Below, in pieces: positions 9,171 through 20,818 of a stretch of 64,000 bases of DNA (the first letter of the stretch is position 1; each line of letters opens with the position of its first letter). Origin of the DNA: an uncultured Verrucomicrobiae bacterium (GTDB lineage: Bacteria > Verrucomicrobiota > Verrucomicrobiia > Chthoniobacterales > JAATET01); contig CAVRCI010000013.1 in the NCBI GenBank assembly GCA_963719495.1, positions 256,001 to 320,000 of the forward strand, in the 5' to 3' direction. The notes under the pieces are model-generated. The model was given only the letters and a program-made list of their open reading frames with translations. It searched no databases and was not told the DNA's origin. The translations under genes were made by a program, and so were the position numbers.

Positions 9171-12100
9171 CACCGATCACCAACCAAAACCCGCCGCCCC
9201 ACCGAATTCCCCCGCACCTCCGGCGCATACATCGCGTGCCCCACCGCCGGCAGCGCCGAGAAATCCCCCGCCGTCTCGGCGCGCAAATCGTATTCCACCG
9301 TCCAAATCCCCTGCTTCAGCTTGCTCGCGAACAGCGCCACCTTCCGGTCCCGCAGTTCGCAATAAACCGGCACCGTCGTTCCGTCCGCGTGCTCCGCCGA
9401 GAGCGACATCCCGCTCTTCGCCTGCACCGCCTCCAACCCCGCCGGCTTGAGATCCTCGATCACGACGTATTCCAGATCGTTCTTCGCCTCCAGCGTGAGC
9501 ACCACCTCGACCCGGTCATTCAACGCCGCCCGCCGGTCCGCCGTCCACGCCACCCGGTCGTAGCGATACCCGTCCAGAAGCGTCACCTTCGGCTGCAGCA
9601 ACGCATACTCTCGCTTCACGAACAACTCGTTCCCCCGCGCCGGAATCGGCTCCTCCAACGAAAAGAAGACCGCCTCCGCCGCCACGTAGAGCGGCCCGTC
9701 CCCCGCCGTCCGCCGAATCGTCACCTCGTTCACCCCATCCCGAATGAGATCCCGGTCGATCTCGACGTTCATCACCCCGTCCAGCGCCGTCGCGTCCCGC
9801 ACCTCCGCGACCCGCTTCCCGTTCAGCGCCACCTCGAACGACACCGCCCGCCCGAGTTCCTTCGTCGTCGCCAGATATCGGTTCATCGCCAGCACGACCA
9901 TCGCCGTGTCCCGCGTGTTCGACCACCGCCCGCCCCGCCGGTTTTTCACGAGCCAATTCATCGCCGACTCCACGAGATCATTCCCCGGATCCACCACCAG
10001 AAGCGCCTGCAAGGCAAACGCCGTCGCCTCCACCCCGCCATCCTGCCACCGCCAGAAAATCCCCTCCGATCCCCATCGCGCCGTCGGGATCGCGTTCGCC
10101 GAAGGCGTCCCCGCCCCCGCCATCGCCGACACCCCGGGCTGGTCCTCCACCGCCACCCCGTCCCGCAAATTCCGCACCATCACCGCCGCCTTCGCCTCGT
10201 CGCCAAATCCACTCACCGCCAGCGTGAACAACGCCCGCCCGTAAGCCGTCAACCCATCCCGCTTCGCCCACACGTTCTCCACCGCCGCCCTCTCCTCCTT
10301 CGACCACTTCGATCCGTCCGAATGGACCGCCGCCAACGCGTGCAAGATCCAACTCTGCAAATCGACGTCGCGCTTCGCGTTCACCACGTGCAGCCGCAAC
10401 CAGTCCGCCCCCCGCTCGATCATCTTCCCTTCCACCGGCACCCCCGCAATTTCGGCCTGCCGCAACCCCCACACCACGTAAGCCGTCATGAATTCGTCAC
10501 TCTCACCCCCGCCCCACCAGGGCCACGACCCATCCTCCCGCTGCATCGCCCGCAACCGATCCAACCCGATCCGCACGACCGCGTCCAACTGCTCGATTCC
10601 CGGCTGACCCGACACCGTCTTCGGCAGATAGCCCGGGTCGATCCCGCCAAACATCCGCCCGACCACCGCGTCCTCGTCCAACCCCAGATCGCGCAACGTC
10701 CGTGCCGTCACCGCCGCCGGCAGGAAGCGGCTCATCGTCTGCTCCACGCAGCCGTAAGGATACTCGATCAAATACGGGATCGCGTCCAACGCCGCCGCCG
10801 CCAGGCTCGGCGTCACCGACACCGTGAACGTCTCCGACCCCTCCCGCCGTTCCGCCGGGATCTCGAGCGCAAACGTCGTCTCCGCCCCGTCCGCCTTCCC
10901 CGCCGCGTAGGCGCTCACCTCGATCCCGTTCTCCTCGACCGGCAGCGTCTTCGCCAGCCCGTCGTTGAACTCCCCGCCGACCGCCGTGAGCGTCAACTTC
11001 GCCCGCCCCACCGCCGCCGCCTTCACCGTCCAATCCGCCCGCGCGCTCGCTTCCGCGCCGACCTCGAGGTCCTTTACCTCCGGCTTCCCCTCGAGCCCCT
11101 CGAGCTTGAGCTCCACCCGCGCTTTCACCGGTTTCCCGGTCCGATCATTCACCACCCCGCCGACCACCGCCGTATCGCCCGCCACCAAAAACCGCGGCGT
11201 CTGCAAACGCGCAATCAGCGGCTTGGTCGTCACCGTCGTCACCTCCCCGATCCCAAATTCCGCGCCCTTCGACGTCGCCCGCGCCTTCGCCACCCACGTC
11301 GTCAGCGATTCCGGATACCGCACCGCCACCGAAGCCGTCCCGTCCGCGCCCGTCACCACGCTCGGCTTCCAGAACGCCACCGCGCGAAAGTCACTCCGGA
11401 CGACCACCGACGGCTCCGAATCCTTCTCGCGACGCCCTCCGGGTTCCCCCCCGAAGCCGTCCCGCGCGCCATCGCCATCGGAGCCGACCGTGCGGCCATG
11501 GTCGCCGCGCCTGGCGGCGTGGCCACGGAATAATCCACCATCATCTCGTTCGCCATCCCGCCGAACCCATACGCCGACGAGGAACTCGGCCCCCCAAAGC
11601 CTCCCCCAAAGCCGCCGCCGAAACTCCCCGCCGAAACGTCCTCCCGCCAGTATCGCAAGCCACTCACCGAGCTCTCCATTCGCGCGTAATCGCTCCGCTC
11701 CTCCCCGAAAAAAAACTCCACCGGATCCCCCGCGTAATCCTCCTGAATCGCCGACACCGCCTCGTCGACGACCCCCAACGAAAGTTCCCCCACCACCGGC
11801 TTCCCCGCCGAGTCCGTCAACCGCACCCCGATCGTCCCGTCCCCACCCGGCAGCACCGTCCCCGGCTCCGCGAGCAGCTCCACGTTCAGCTCCCGCTCAT
11901 AGGGCGGCACCTCGACCATCTCGGTCGATTCGTGGACTTCCAGATTTTGCACCAGTGCCGCCGTCACGAAGACGTTCGGGACGAGCCGCGACTCGATTGG
12001 TAGCTCGATCAAAGCGGCGCGCCCCTCGACGCGCACCACCTTCGCCCAAAACAATTCCCGCCCCGAGTGAACCGTCACCAGCACGTCCCGCCCCGAAGCC

Positions 12101-14862
12101 TCCGTCGCCACCAACACCGGCAGCGTCCGCTGTCCCGCCTCCACTCGCGCATCCACCACGATCTCGACCCCGTCGGCGTGATACCCCGTCAGCTCCGCGG
12201 CCCGCGACGCCGCCCACACGTTCGCCTCCGCCGTCACCGGCGGCCCGTCCCCATCCCGCCCCTGCCAGCTCACCCGGTAAAACCCCTCCGTCTCCGGCGT
12301 AAACTCCACCGTCCCCTCGCCGTCCGCCGCCAGCGCGACCTCGATCCGCTTCACCTCCTCACCCACGTATTCCCGCCGCTTCAACCGCCACCCCGCCACC
12401 CCGCTCGGCGGAAAAACCCCGCGCCGCAACTCCGCCAGCTCGTTCCCCGTCACCTCGCGCCCTTTGGGATCCAGCCACACCTCGACCCACCGCTCCCGCG
12501 ACACCGTCACCGTCCCCTTCGCCACCACCGCCCCGCCATTCGCATCCTCCGCCGAGATTTCCACCGTCACCGGATCCGCCGGAGAAACCACCCGCCGCCC
12601 CGCCGTCAGGTCCACGAAATACCCCTGCCGCGCCACGACGACCGAAGCCGTCCCCACGACCTCACGCCCCGTCGCGTCCACCACCCGCGCCTCGACCGTG
12701 TATTCCAATCCCGTCGGCGAATCGATCGGCGTCGCGATCTCGATCCGCGCCTTCCCGTCCGGACCCGTCCGCAAAGTCTCCTCGCGAATCACCCGCCCCG
12801 GCCGGGGGTTCGGTCGCGAGACGTACCTGCCGCCCCGCCGCCCCCGCAAGCCTCGGCGGGGGACCCAGCGATCCCACGAACTCTCCCGCACCACCACCTT
12901 CACTTCCGCGTCCGACACCGCCCCGCCAAAATAATACTCCGCCCCAATCTCCACCCCGACCGCATCCCCGAGCCGCACCGCCCCGGACTTCGCCGGGATC
13001 GCGACCGCAACCTTGTATTCCGGCAGCCGGTATTCTTCCAACCGGAAGAGAACGTCCCCACCCACCACCTGATCCGCATCCGAAAACCGCACCGAATATT
13101 CCCCCAACGGCATCTCCGCGGTCGGCCGAAACTCCCCCCAGGCCGTCCCATAATCCGTCAACTTCACCTCGCCATCCGACACCGTCTCGCCCATCGGATC
13201 GACCACCTCGAACCGCACCGTCGCCCCGCCCGGCGTCACCAACTCACCCCCGTCCCGTTTCCGCCCAATCAATTTCCACCGCACGATTTCCCCCGGTCGC
13301 GTCGCCGACCGGTCCGCGTAGACCATGATCGCCCAAGGCGCGGCGTCCCCGCCCGAATAGCTCCCGCCCCGGTTCACCACGACCGGCTGACCATCCGCCA
13401 CCCCCAACAAAATCAACCGCGTCCGCCCATCGCCGTCCTTCGCGCCCAAATCAAACCGCACCGGAGCGCCCTCCGCCGCATCCAACGCGGGCACCTTCGT
13501 CCACCGCCAATCCCGCTGCACCGTCCGTCCCCGCCACAGCGTGAGACCTTCGGCGGGCAACTCCGTTCCCACCCGCGAATCGGCGACCATCACCACCGCG
13601 GCGTCCCCGACCGTTTGCATCAGCGCCGTCGCCCCGCTCACCGTGACCAACGCCCGGTCCGTCAATTTCCCGCCCGCCGCCACCACCAGATACGTCCCCG
13701 CCTCGCCCGCCCCCGGCACCACCGACTCCGTCCGCTCGTTCACCCGCGATGCCTTGCCCCCGACCGTCCACCGCCCCACCTCCGCCGCCCCATCCAGACT
13801 CACTGCATTCAACCACCCGTCGGCGTCCGTCCTTTTCGTCGGCCGAAACGCCGACCCGAGATCGACCCGGTAGGCCACGAGCTCCACCTTCCCGACGTTC
13901 CGCCAGCTCACCGTCACCCGCGGCTCGTCGCCCGGCAGGTAGAGGTAACTCGTCTCCACGTTCAGCGTAGCCCGCGTGATCTCATCGATCTTCCGCTCCG
14001 CCTGCTCGGTGAACTCCGATTTTCCCTTCGGAAATTCCTTCACGAACTGCCGATAGAGCTCGAGCGCCCGGTCGTAATCCGGCGACACCACCAACCCGCC
14101 GTCATCCGTCCATTCACTCTTCCCCGCCCGCTCGTTCCACTCCGCCAACTGAAACAGCGCCGCCTCGTAAACCGCCGTCGTCGGCCCGTCCGCCAACGCC
14201 GCCTCCCACTCCGCCCCCGCCCGTCGCTGCGAAAACGGATCCCCGCTCTGCCGCCAGTAGTGTTCACCCAAAAAATAATGCGCCCGCGCCCGGTTCTCCG
14301 GCGTCACCGCGATCTCCAACGCGTTGGCCAGCACGTCCAACGGCACGTTCCACCCGTAATTCCGCTCCATCGGCGGCCCCGTCGCCTTCCACACGATCCC
14401 CAGATAGCGCCCACGCGCCACGTCCAGATCCGTCGCCGCCGACCACTTCGCCAACGCCCGCTCATAGAACGGCCACGCCGCCGACCAATTCGCCCCGCCC
14501 GGACCCGGCACCAACCACGAATCCCCCAGCGACTCGAGCGCCTCCACCGCGTAAGCGTCATCCGGGTCCGCCTCCACGAGCGCCGCCAATTGCTCCCGCG
14601 ACGCCGTCACCGCCGCCGCGTCCGGCCCGCTGCGCCACCGCGAATCCGCCAAGTAAAAATCCAGCGTCCGCCGCTCCCCCGGCGGCACGTCCATCGCCGC
14701 CGCCTTCGACCAGGCCTCGTAAGCCAACCCGTAGGATTTTTCGGAGTAAAACTTCGCCCCCGCGAGCTTCAGATCCTCGAACGAATCCTGACCCCACCCG
14801 ACCCCCGCCGAACCCAGAAAAACAACCCAAACAACGAGAAATCCAAGGAAAAGCCGCGCCAT
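9170..14862 (-). pseudogene. Bacterial alpha-2-macroglobulin family protein split by one frameshift (ORFs 11353..14862 and 9170..11407)
   Basis: Signal peptide, MG domains (YADRSATRPGE, FRLEEYRLPEY, LGVVDEAV), then VRSDF..AFW..YPESLTTW and thioester YPYGCVEQT in the -1 frame; shift near 11446-11470. Confidence 0.85.
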
Positions 14863-15151
14863 GACAGCATCCTAACGGACAACCAGCCCAACCGACTCAA
14901 AAAAAGATCAACAAAAACGCGGCAAAGCCGCGCCCTCGTCCAAAACCAGGTAGGGTAGCCGCGCCGCCGGGTTCCGTGACATTCTCCACCGCCCGCCCGA
15001 AAAACCCCGGCACCCCGCCACGCCACGCACCCCCGAGCATACCGAAACCGCCCCAAAAGCCCTCCACAACCCATAACCAAAGTCGAAACCCGGCGGCGCG
15101 GCCTCCCTACCCTCCCCCAACGACGACGCTCACGCGCCAGGTGCCGCCGCG

Positions 15152-16204
15152 CTACTTCTTCTCTTCCGCGAGGATCGCCTTCACCTTCGCCTCGATCTCC
15201 GCCGTCAGCGCCTCGTCCTCACGCAACGCCTGCTTCGCCGCGTCGCGACCCTGCGCCAGCTGCGTCCCGTTGTAACTCAACCACGACCCACGTTTCTCCA
15301 GCACGTTCTTCTCGATGGCCAGATCCAGCAACGACCCAATACTCGAGATCCCCTCGCTATACATGATGTCGAACTCCGCTTCCGTGAACGGCGGTGCCAC
15401 CTTGTTCTTCACGATCTTGAGCCGCGTTCGGTTCCCCGTGACCGTGCCATCGCTCGTTTTGATCGCGCCAATGCGCCGGATGTCGCACCGCACACTCGAG
15501 TAAAATTTCAGCGCCCGACCGCCCGGCTGCGTCTCCGGGTTGCCAAACATCACGCCGATTTTCTCACGAATCTGATTCGTAAAGATCACGACCGTCTGAG
15601 CCTTCGCGATGAACGAAGTCAATTTCCGCATCGCCGCGCTCATCAACCGAGCCTGCGCGCCAACGGTGGAATCGCCGATCTCGCCTTCCAGTTCCGCCTT
15701 CGTCACCAAAGCCGCCACCGAATCCAGCACGATCACGTCCAAAGCGTTCGAGCGCACCAATGTCTCCACGATCCGCAACGCCTCCTCGCCCGAACTCGGC
15801 TGCGAGACCAGCAAATCGTCCAGATTGACCCCCAATTTCCGCGCGTATTCCGGATCGAGCGCGTGCTCCACGTCCACGAAACCCGCCAGCCCACCGCGCT
15901 TCTGCGCCTGAGCGATCACGGTCAGGGTCAGCGTCGTCTTACCCGAGGATTCCGGCCCGTAAACTTCCACGATCCGCCCGCGCGGAAACCCCCCCACGCC
16001 AAGCGCCCGGTCGATGAGAATATTGCCCGTCGGAATGACGTCCACCTCCGAGCGTTTCGAGTCGCCCAGTCGCCGAATCGCCTCGTCCCCGTAGTCCTTG
16101 GCGATCTGTTGGATGGCCAAATCCAGGTTCCTATGCTTCGCGGCCATGACCTTCTCCATCGCCTTATCATCCACCGTCGCCACTGCCGTTTCCGCTTTAG
16201 CCAT
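15152..16204 (-). CDS. recA: Recombinase A
   Basis: [54 protein letters not shown]. Confidence 0.99.
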   Translation of the reverse strand: MAKAETAVATVDDKAMEKVMAAKHRNLDLAIQQIAKDYGDEAIRRLGDSKRSEVDVIPTGNILIDRALGVGGFPRGRIVEVYGPESSGKTTLTLTVIAQAQKRGGLAGFVDVEHALDPEYARKLGVNLDDLLVSQPSSGEEALRIVETLVRSNALDVIVLDSVAALVTKAELEGEIGDSTVGAQARLMSAAMRKLTSFIAKAQTVVIFTNQIREKIGVMFGNPETQPGGRALKFYSSVRCDIRRIGAIKTSDGTVTGNRTRLKIVKNKVAPPFTEAEFDIMYSEGISSIGSLLDLAIEKNVLEKRGSWLSYNGTQLAQGRDAAKQALREDEALTAEIEAKVKAILAEEKK

Positions 16205-16250
16205 AAGCTTGGCAAGCTAGGACCCCCCGGTAATCACGGGAAGCAATTTC

Positions 16251-16320
16251 GAACCGCGAATGGACGCCAATGAACGCGAATCATTCATTCCTGCCGTTCA
16301 TTCGCGTCCATTCGCGGTTC
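16251..16320. repeat. Palindromic intergenic element built from CGCGAATGGA-like units
   Basis: GAACCGCGAATGGACGC ... GCGTCCATTCGCGGTTC form a 17-bp inverted repeat between pqqB and recA. Confidence 0.85.
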
Positions 16321-16327
16321 CTAACCC

Positions 16328-17239
16328 TCACATCACCCACCGCTCCCCATCCTCCGCCAATCGCACCCCCAGCCGCTCGACCGCCATCCGAGCCTCCGAG
16401 TCCATCCTCAAAACGGGATTCGTGTTGTTCACGTGCAGGTAAGCGCATTCCCCCGGCAACCCCGCCAGCACCGCCAAGCTCCCGTCCACCCCACTCATCG
16501 GCACGTGCCCCATCGCCGCGGCATCCCGGTCCGAAAACCCCAGCGCCACCATCTCATCCGCCGTCCAGAACGTCCCGTCGAAGAAAACCCGGTCGCACCC
16601 CCGCAACACCTCGACCAGCTCCGAGTCGACCACCGCCACGTCCGGAAAAACCCCCGCCACGGCCCCGTCGGCACCCTCGCGAAACAAATACCCAACCGCG
16701 TGAGCTCCCGCCGCCGCGTCCTCGCCAGCCCACCGCGGCGCATCCGTCCCCCGCAAAGCCACCACCCGCACCTGCAAACCTCCCCCCAGATCCATCCAAT
16801 CGTCACCCGCCTCGCACCAGCGCACGCCGCCGAAAGACGCGAGCACGCGCTCGATCCCGATCCCCTCGACGACCGACCGCCGCACGTCGGATGGAGCCCA
16901 CACCACCAGTTCCTCCGCCCCCTCCCGGAGCGCGAAGAGCCCCAGGCAATGATCCAAATCCGCGTTCGTCAGCAGCACCCCGGCAACCGGCGAATTCCGC
17001 CCGCCGCCCGCCGCATCAGCGCCGGCTCCGCACCGCAGGAACCGCTCGATCTGCCGCCCCGCGTCCGGCGAAGCGTTCACCAAAAACCAACGTCGGCCAT
17101 CCGCCGACACCGCCAGCGAACTCTGCAACCGCGGCTCCACGCCCGAGCCCGGCGTCCGAGCCAGCCCGCAATTCACGCACCCGCAATTCCACTGCGGAAA
17201 CCCACCCCCCGCGGCCGTCCCGAGAACAACGACCTCCAC
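16328..17239 (-). CDS. pqqB: Pyrroloquinoline quinone biosynthesis protein PqqB
   Basis: VLGTAAGGGFPQWNCGCVNC, RLQSS, LVNASPD, LTNADLDHCLGL, FFDGTFW, MGH, HVNNTNP. Confidence 0.93.
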   Translation of the reverse strand: MEVVVLGTAAGGGFPQWNCGCVNCGLARTPGSGVEPRLQSSLAVSADGRRWFLVNASPDAGRQIERFLRCGAGADAAGGGRNSPVAGVLLTNADLDHCLGLFALREGAEELVVWAPSDVRRSVVEGIGIERVLASFGGVRWCEAGDDWMDLGGGLQVRVVALRGTDAPRWAGEDAAAGAHAVGYLFREGADGAVAGVFPDVAVVDSELVEVLRGCDRVFFDGTFWTADEMVALGFSDRDAAAMGHVPMSGVDGSLAVLAGLPGECAYLHVNNTNPVLRMDSEARMAVERLGVRLAEDGERWVM

Positions 17240-17262
17240 GTCGACCGGTCAGTCGAACCGAT

Positions 17263-17370
17263 CTACCGCAACGCCGCGTAGAGCGAGACTTCGAAGAAAA
17301 TCGGCACGTCCTTGAGCTTCGGAGTCGTCCAGACCCGCTTCACCTTCGTCGCAGTGGGAATCGCTTTCAT
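17263..17370 (-). CDS. pqqA: PQQ precursor peptide PqqA (35 aa, absent from ORF track)
   Basis: Manual translation MKAIPTATKVKRVWTTPKLKDVPIFFEVSLYAALR; has WxxP and the ExxxY core (EVSLY); 23 bp upstream of pqqB. Confidence 0.9.
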   Translation of the reverse strand: MKAIPTATKVKRVWTTPKLKDVPIFFEVSLYAALR

Positions 17371-17427
17371 GCCGGGAACCATACGCCAATCCGGACCCGG
17401 CGCCACCCGAATTTCACCGGCTCCGCG

Positions 17428-18075
17428 TCAGCGCAGCCACGCCCCGAGATCCAACTCCTCCATCGAACCCAACAACAGATCCGCCTCGCTCAGATCCAGG
17501 TGCCGTGTCATCTCATTCGGAATCGCCACGCAGAAAAGCCCCGCCGCCCGCGCCGCCCGCAAGCCATTCAACGAATCTTCCAGCGCCATCGCGTCCCCCG
17601 GCGCCACCCCCAACGCCGCCACCGCCCGTTGGTAAAGCTCAGGGTGCGGTTTCACTTCGGCAACCAAATCCCCAGTCTGAATCGTCTCGAAAAAGTCCGC
17701 CACCCCCAGTCGACGCAGATTCGGCCCGACCCATTCCGCCGACGAGCTCGAAGCCAGGCCGATCCGAAGTCCCAGCCGCCGCGCCTCCTCGAATGTGGCA
17801 AGAACACCCGGCCGGAGCGTCTCCCGCGCGATCATCTCCCGGTTACGAATTTTCCGGGCCGCCGCGACGTCGGCGCGGTCGAGCGCCGCTCCGATCAGCT
17901 CCTCCAAGTGACCATGCGGATCGAAGACCGACCCCGTCCCGATGCAAGGCAACCAATCCTCGAGCGCCAACTCCACGCCATGCCTGCGATAAACCTCCTG
18001 CCAGGCGAGGAACTCCGGCGTCTCCGTGTCCAGAATCAACCCATCGAAATCAAAAACCACCGCTCGTAAATTCAC
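17428..18075 (-). CDS. HAD superfamily hydrolase (subfamily IA)
   Basis: VVFDFDGLILDTE, ASSS, KPHPELY, LEDSLNG. Confidence 0.93.
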   Translation of the reverse strand: MNLRAVVFDFDGLILDTETPEFLAWQEVYRRHGVELALEDWLPCIGTGSVFDPHGHLEELIGAALDRADVAAARKIRNREMIARETLRPGVLATFEEARRLGLRIGLASSSSAEWVGPNLRRLGVADFFETIQTGDLVAEVKPHPELYQRAVAALGVAPGDAMALEDSLNGLRAARAAGLFCVAIPNEMTRHLDLSEADLLLGSMEELDLGAWLR

Positions 18076-18169
18076 CCATCGACCCTAAGTCCTAAAAGCG
18101 AGACTTGGGAATCCCGCTCAACCGGCTCGATTTCGGGATCAATCAGTCTAGACTCCGCAAGACCACCCG

Positions 18170-18416
18170 ATGCCGAAGGCATAAAAGCTTGGTAGCCGGG
18201 GGTCGAGCGAGGAACGAGCGACACCCCCGGTCACCATCCCTAATGAGCATCGCACCCCGAATGGGGTGCCAGCCGGTCAACCATCCTCGAGAATTTCCGA
18301 TCGCTCACTCGCGCGGCTGCGACTCCTCCGGAGTCGATCATCTTCTGATCAAGGTCCGGGGATAGTCACTCGTTCCTCGCTCACCTCCCGGCTACCGGCT
18401 TTCATGCCTCCGGCAT
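18170..18416. repeat. Long composite inverted-repeat element (REPIN/BIME-like)
   Basis: Arms ATGCCGAAGGCAT..GGTAGCCGGGGGTCGAGCGAGGAACGAGCGAC and GTCACTCGTTCCTCGCTCACCTCCCGGCTACC..ATGCCTCCGGCAT; inner hairpins GCACCCC/GGGGTGC and CGACTCC/GGAGTCG. Confidence 0.8.
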
Positions 18417-18491
18417 AAAATTCGGGCGCACCGCCAAGCCTCATCAATTTTCCCCGTAACGTTCCCGCCCCGTTGCTTCTGAGGTAGGAGT

Positions 18492-20333
18492 ATGAACGAA
18501 CACCGATCCGCGATGAACGATGGACCCTCCTGCCCCCGCTGCGGCACCCCGACCACCCCCGGCGCTCTCGCCGGGATGTGTCCCGCCTGCCTCCTCGAGC
18601 AGGGCGCGGCGGCGGACACGTTCGCCAATCGCGGCGACCGCCGCGGGTTCGTGCCGCCGACCGTCGAAGAATTGGCGGAGCATTTTCCGCAGCTCGATCA
18701 ACTCGCCTTCGTCGGCAAAGGCGGGATGGGCGCGGTCTACAAAGCCCGCCAGAAGGAACTCGACCGCGTCGTTGCCGTCAAAATCCTCCCGCCCGCCATC
18801 GGCGAAGACCCCGCCTTCGCCGATCGCTTCACCCGCGAAGCCCGCGCGCTCGCCCGCCTCGATCACCCGAACATCGTCACCATCCACGACTTCGGACGCA
18901 CCGGCGGGTTCTACTTTTTCATCATGGAATTCGTCGACGGCATGAATCTTCGCCAGCTCCTCGACCGCGGACGCGTCGCGCCGCGCGAAGCCCTCGCCAT
19001 CGTGCCCGAGATCTGCGACGCCCTGCAATTCGCCCACGACCACGGCATCGTCCACCGCGACATCAAGCCGGAGAACATCCTCCTCGACCGCCGCGGTCGC
19101 GTGAAAGTCGCCGACTTCGGCCTGGCCAAACTCGTCGGCCAAGCGGATGCCGCCGATGAATTCGATTCCACCGAAGCCGGACAAACCCTGGGGACGCCGC
19201 AATACATGGCCCCCGAGCAACGGACCCATCCCGCCGAGATCGACCACCGGGCCGACATCTATTCCCTCGGCGTCGTCCTCTACCAAATGCTCACCGGCGA
19301 ACTGCCCGGCGCGGACCTCCGCGGCCCATCCACCAAGGTCCAGATCGACGTCCGCCTCGACGAGGTCGTCCTGCGTGCGCTCGAAGCGCAGCCGGCCCGG
19401 CGCTACGGCGACGTCACGGAGTTCAAGACCCGCGTGGCGGAACTCCGCGTTCCACCTCGCCGCACGACACCCCCCTCCCGATCCCGTCGCGCGGTTGCCG
19501 CTTGCGCCGCCGCCGCTGCCTTGGTTGCGATGATCGGTGTGCTCTACCTGGTCGTTACCGACGCCATCGCCGACGAGCTGCCACGGGACGGGTTGACCCA
19601 GCGAACCCCCAGGTCAGCCGACGAAGCGGTCGCCCTTGCCGCCGCCGAAGCCTGGCTGGCCGGGATCGACGATGGCAAATACGGCGAGAGCTGGGATGCC
19701 GCCGCACCAAGCTCTCGGGACGCAATCTCCCGACAGGATTGGATCGCCGAACTGAAAAGAGTCCGGGAACCCCTCGGCACCGTGATTCAGCGGAAGCTCA
19801 TTTCATCGCGGATCCAGGACACGCGAGCGGGTTTTCCCCGGGGTTCCTACTTGGTTGCAAAGTTCACCACGAAGTTTGCGAAATTTCCGTCCACCCTCGA
19901 GACCCTCGAATTCTCGTGCGGCGACGACGGACAATGGCGGGCCATTCTCTACACCATCGTTCCGGAATCGGCAGACGTTCCCGACGAGGCGGAGGCAGCG
20001 ATCGTCGAGGCGGCAAAGCGGTGGTTGGCCGAGATCGACGAAGGCGACTACGCCGCGAGCTGGCGGCACGCCGCGCCCATTTTCCGCAGCCTCGTCACCG
20101 AGGAGAAATGGGACTCCTCGCTCGACTCCGTCCGCCGCCCGCTCGGGAAGGTTCTCTCGCGAACGTTGAAATCCGCGGAGACCACGACCTCCCTCCCCGG
20201 CGTGCCGGATGGGAACCACGTCGTGATGCAATTCGATTCCACTTTCGAAAAGATGGCGGCCGCCACGGAGACGGTCGTCTTCTCCGAGGACGAAAACGGC
20301 GCGATGGCAGCCTCCGGCTACTTCATTAAATGA
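18492..20333 (+). CDS. Membrane Ser/Thr protein kinase with N-terminal Zn ribbon and two extracytoplasmic DUF4019-like repeats
   Basis: CPRC..CPAC, GKGGMGAVY, VAVK, HRDIKPEN, DFG, YMAPE, TM helix, two repeats AEAWLA.ID.G.Y.ESW..A..VR.PLG. Confidence 0.93.
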   Translation: MNEHRSAMNDGPSCPRCGTPTTPGALAGMCPACLLEQGAAADTFANRGDRRGFVPPTVEELAEHFPQLDQLAFVGKGGMGAVYKARQKELDRVVAVKILPPAIGEDPAFADRFTREARALARLDHPNIVTIHDFGRTGGFYFFIMEFVDGMNLRQLLDRGRVAPREALAIVPEICDALQFAHDHGIVHRDIKPENILLDRRGRVKVADFGLAKLVGQADAADEFDSTEAGQTLGTPQYMAPEQRTHPAEIDHRADIYSLGVVLYQMLTGELPGADLRGPSTKVQIDVRLDEVVLRALEAQPARRYGDVTEFKTRVAELRVPPRRTTPPSRSRRAVAACAAAAALVAMIGVLYLVVTDAIADELPRDGLTQRTPRSADEAVALAAAEAWLAGIDDGKYGESWDAAAPSSRDAISRQDWIAELKRVREPLGTVIQRKLISSRIQDTRAGFPRGSYLVAKFTTKFAKFPSTLETLEFSCGDDGQWRAILYTIVPESADVPDEAEAAIVEAAKRWLAEIDEGDYAASWRHAAPIFRSLVTEEKWDSSLDSVRRPLGKVLSRTLKSAETTTSLPGVPDGNHVVMQFDSTFEKMAAATETVVFSEDENGAMAASGYFIK

Positions 20334-20818
20334 AAACCTTCGCCGCCCCGTGGAGCCGTTCGCTCAAAATTACCTCGCTCGTGTCCGCGCTGCTTTGCCT
20401 GATGTTCGGCTTGATCCTCCCGTTTCTGTCGGGAGTCCATCATCCCCCCATCACGTGGATCGGGTGGGCAGGGTGGCTCGTGCCGGGGCTCGTCCTGATT
20501 TGCCCGCTCTTCATCGTGCGAGGCTACGCCATCACGCCCGACACCATCCTCGTTCGCCGACCCTTCTGGACAACGCGTCTCCCGCGCACCGGACTCGTCA
20601 GCGCCACGTCCACGCCGAAGGCGATGACCCGCAGCCTGCGGACCTGCGGCAACGGCGGCTTCTTTTCCTACACCGGCTGGTATTGGAGCCAATCGCTGAG
20701 CACCCACCGCGCCTTCGTCACCGACCCCGCGCGAACGGTCGTCCTGCGCTACGCGCGACGCACGGTCGTCGTCTCGCCCGGCGATCCCGAAGCATTCACC
20801 CACGCTCTACAGTCGTGA
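20330..20818 (+). CDS. Membrane protein with bacterial PH-like domain
   Basis: Two TM helices then SLRTCGNGGFFSYTGWY..AFVTDP..VVVSP; ATGA overlap with the kinase. Confidence 0.8.
   Translation: MKTFAAPWSRSLKITSLVSALLCLMFGLILPFLSGVHHPPITWIGWAGWLVPGLVLICPLFIVRGYAITPDTILVRRPFWTTRLPRTGLVSATSTPKAMTRSLRTCGNGGFFSYTGWYWSQSLSTHRAFVTDPARTVVLRYARRTVVVSPGDPEAFTHALQS

Noticed and set aside
12067..14958. 963-aa plus-strand ORF, and similar long ORFs such as 9236..11533, 34737..38120 and 48906..51386
   Set aside because: Antisense shadows of real genes in high-GC DNA; Arg/Pro/His-rich or mirror translations with no motifs.
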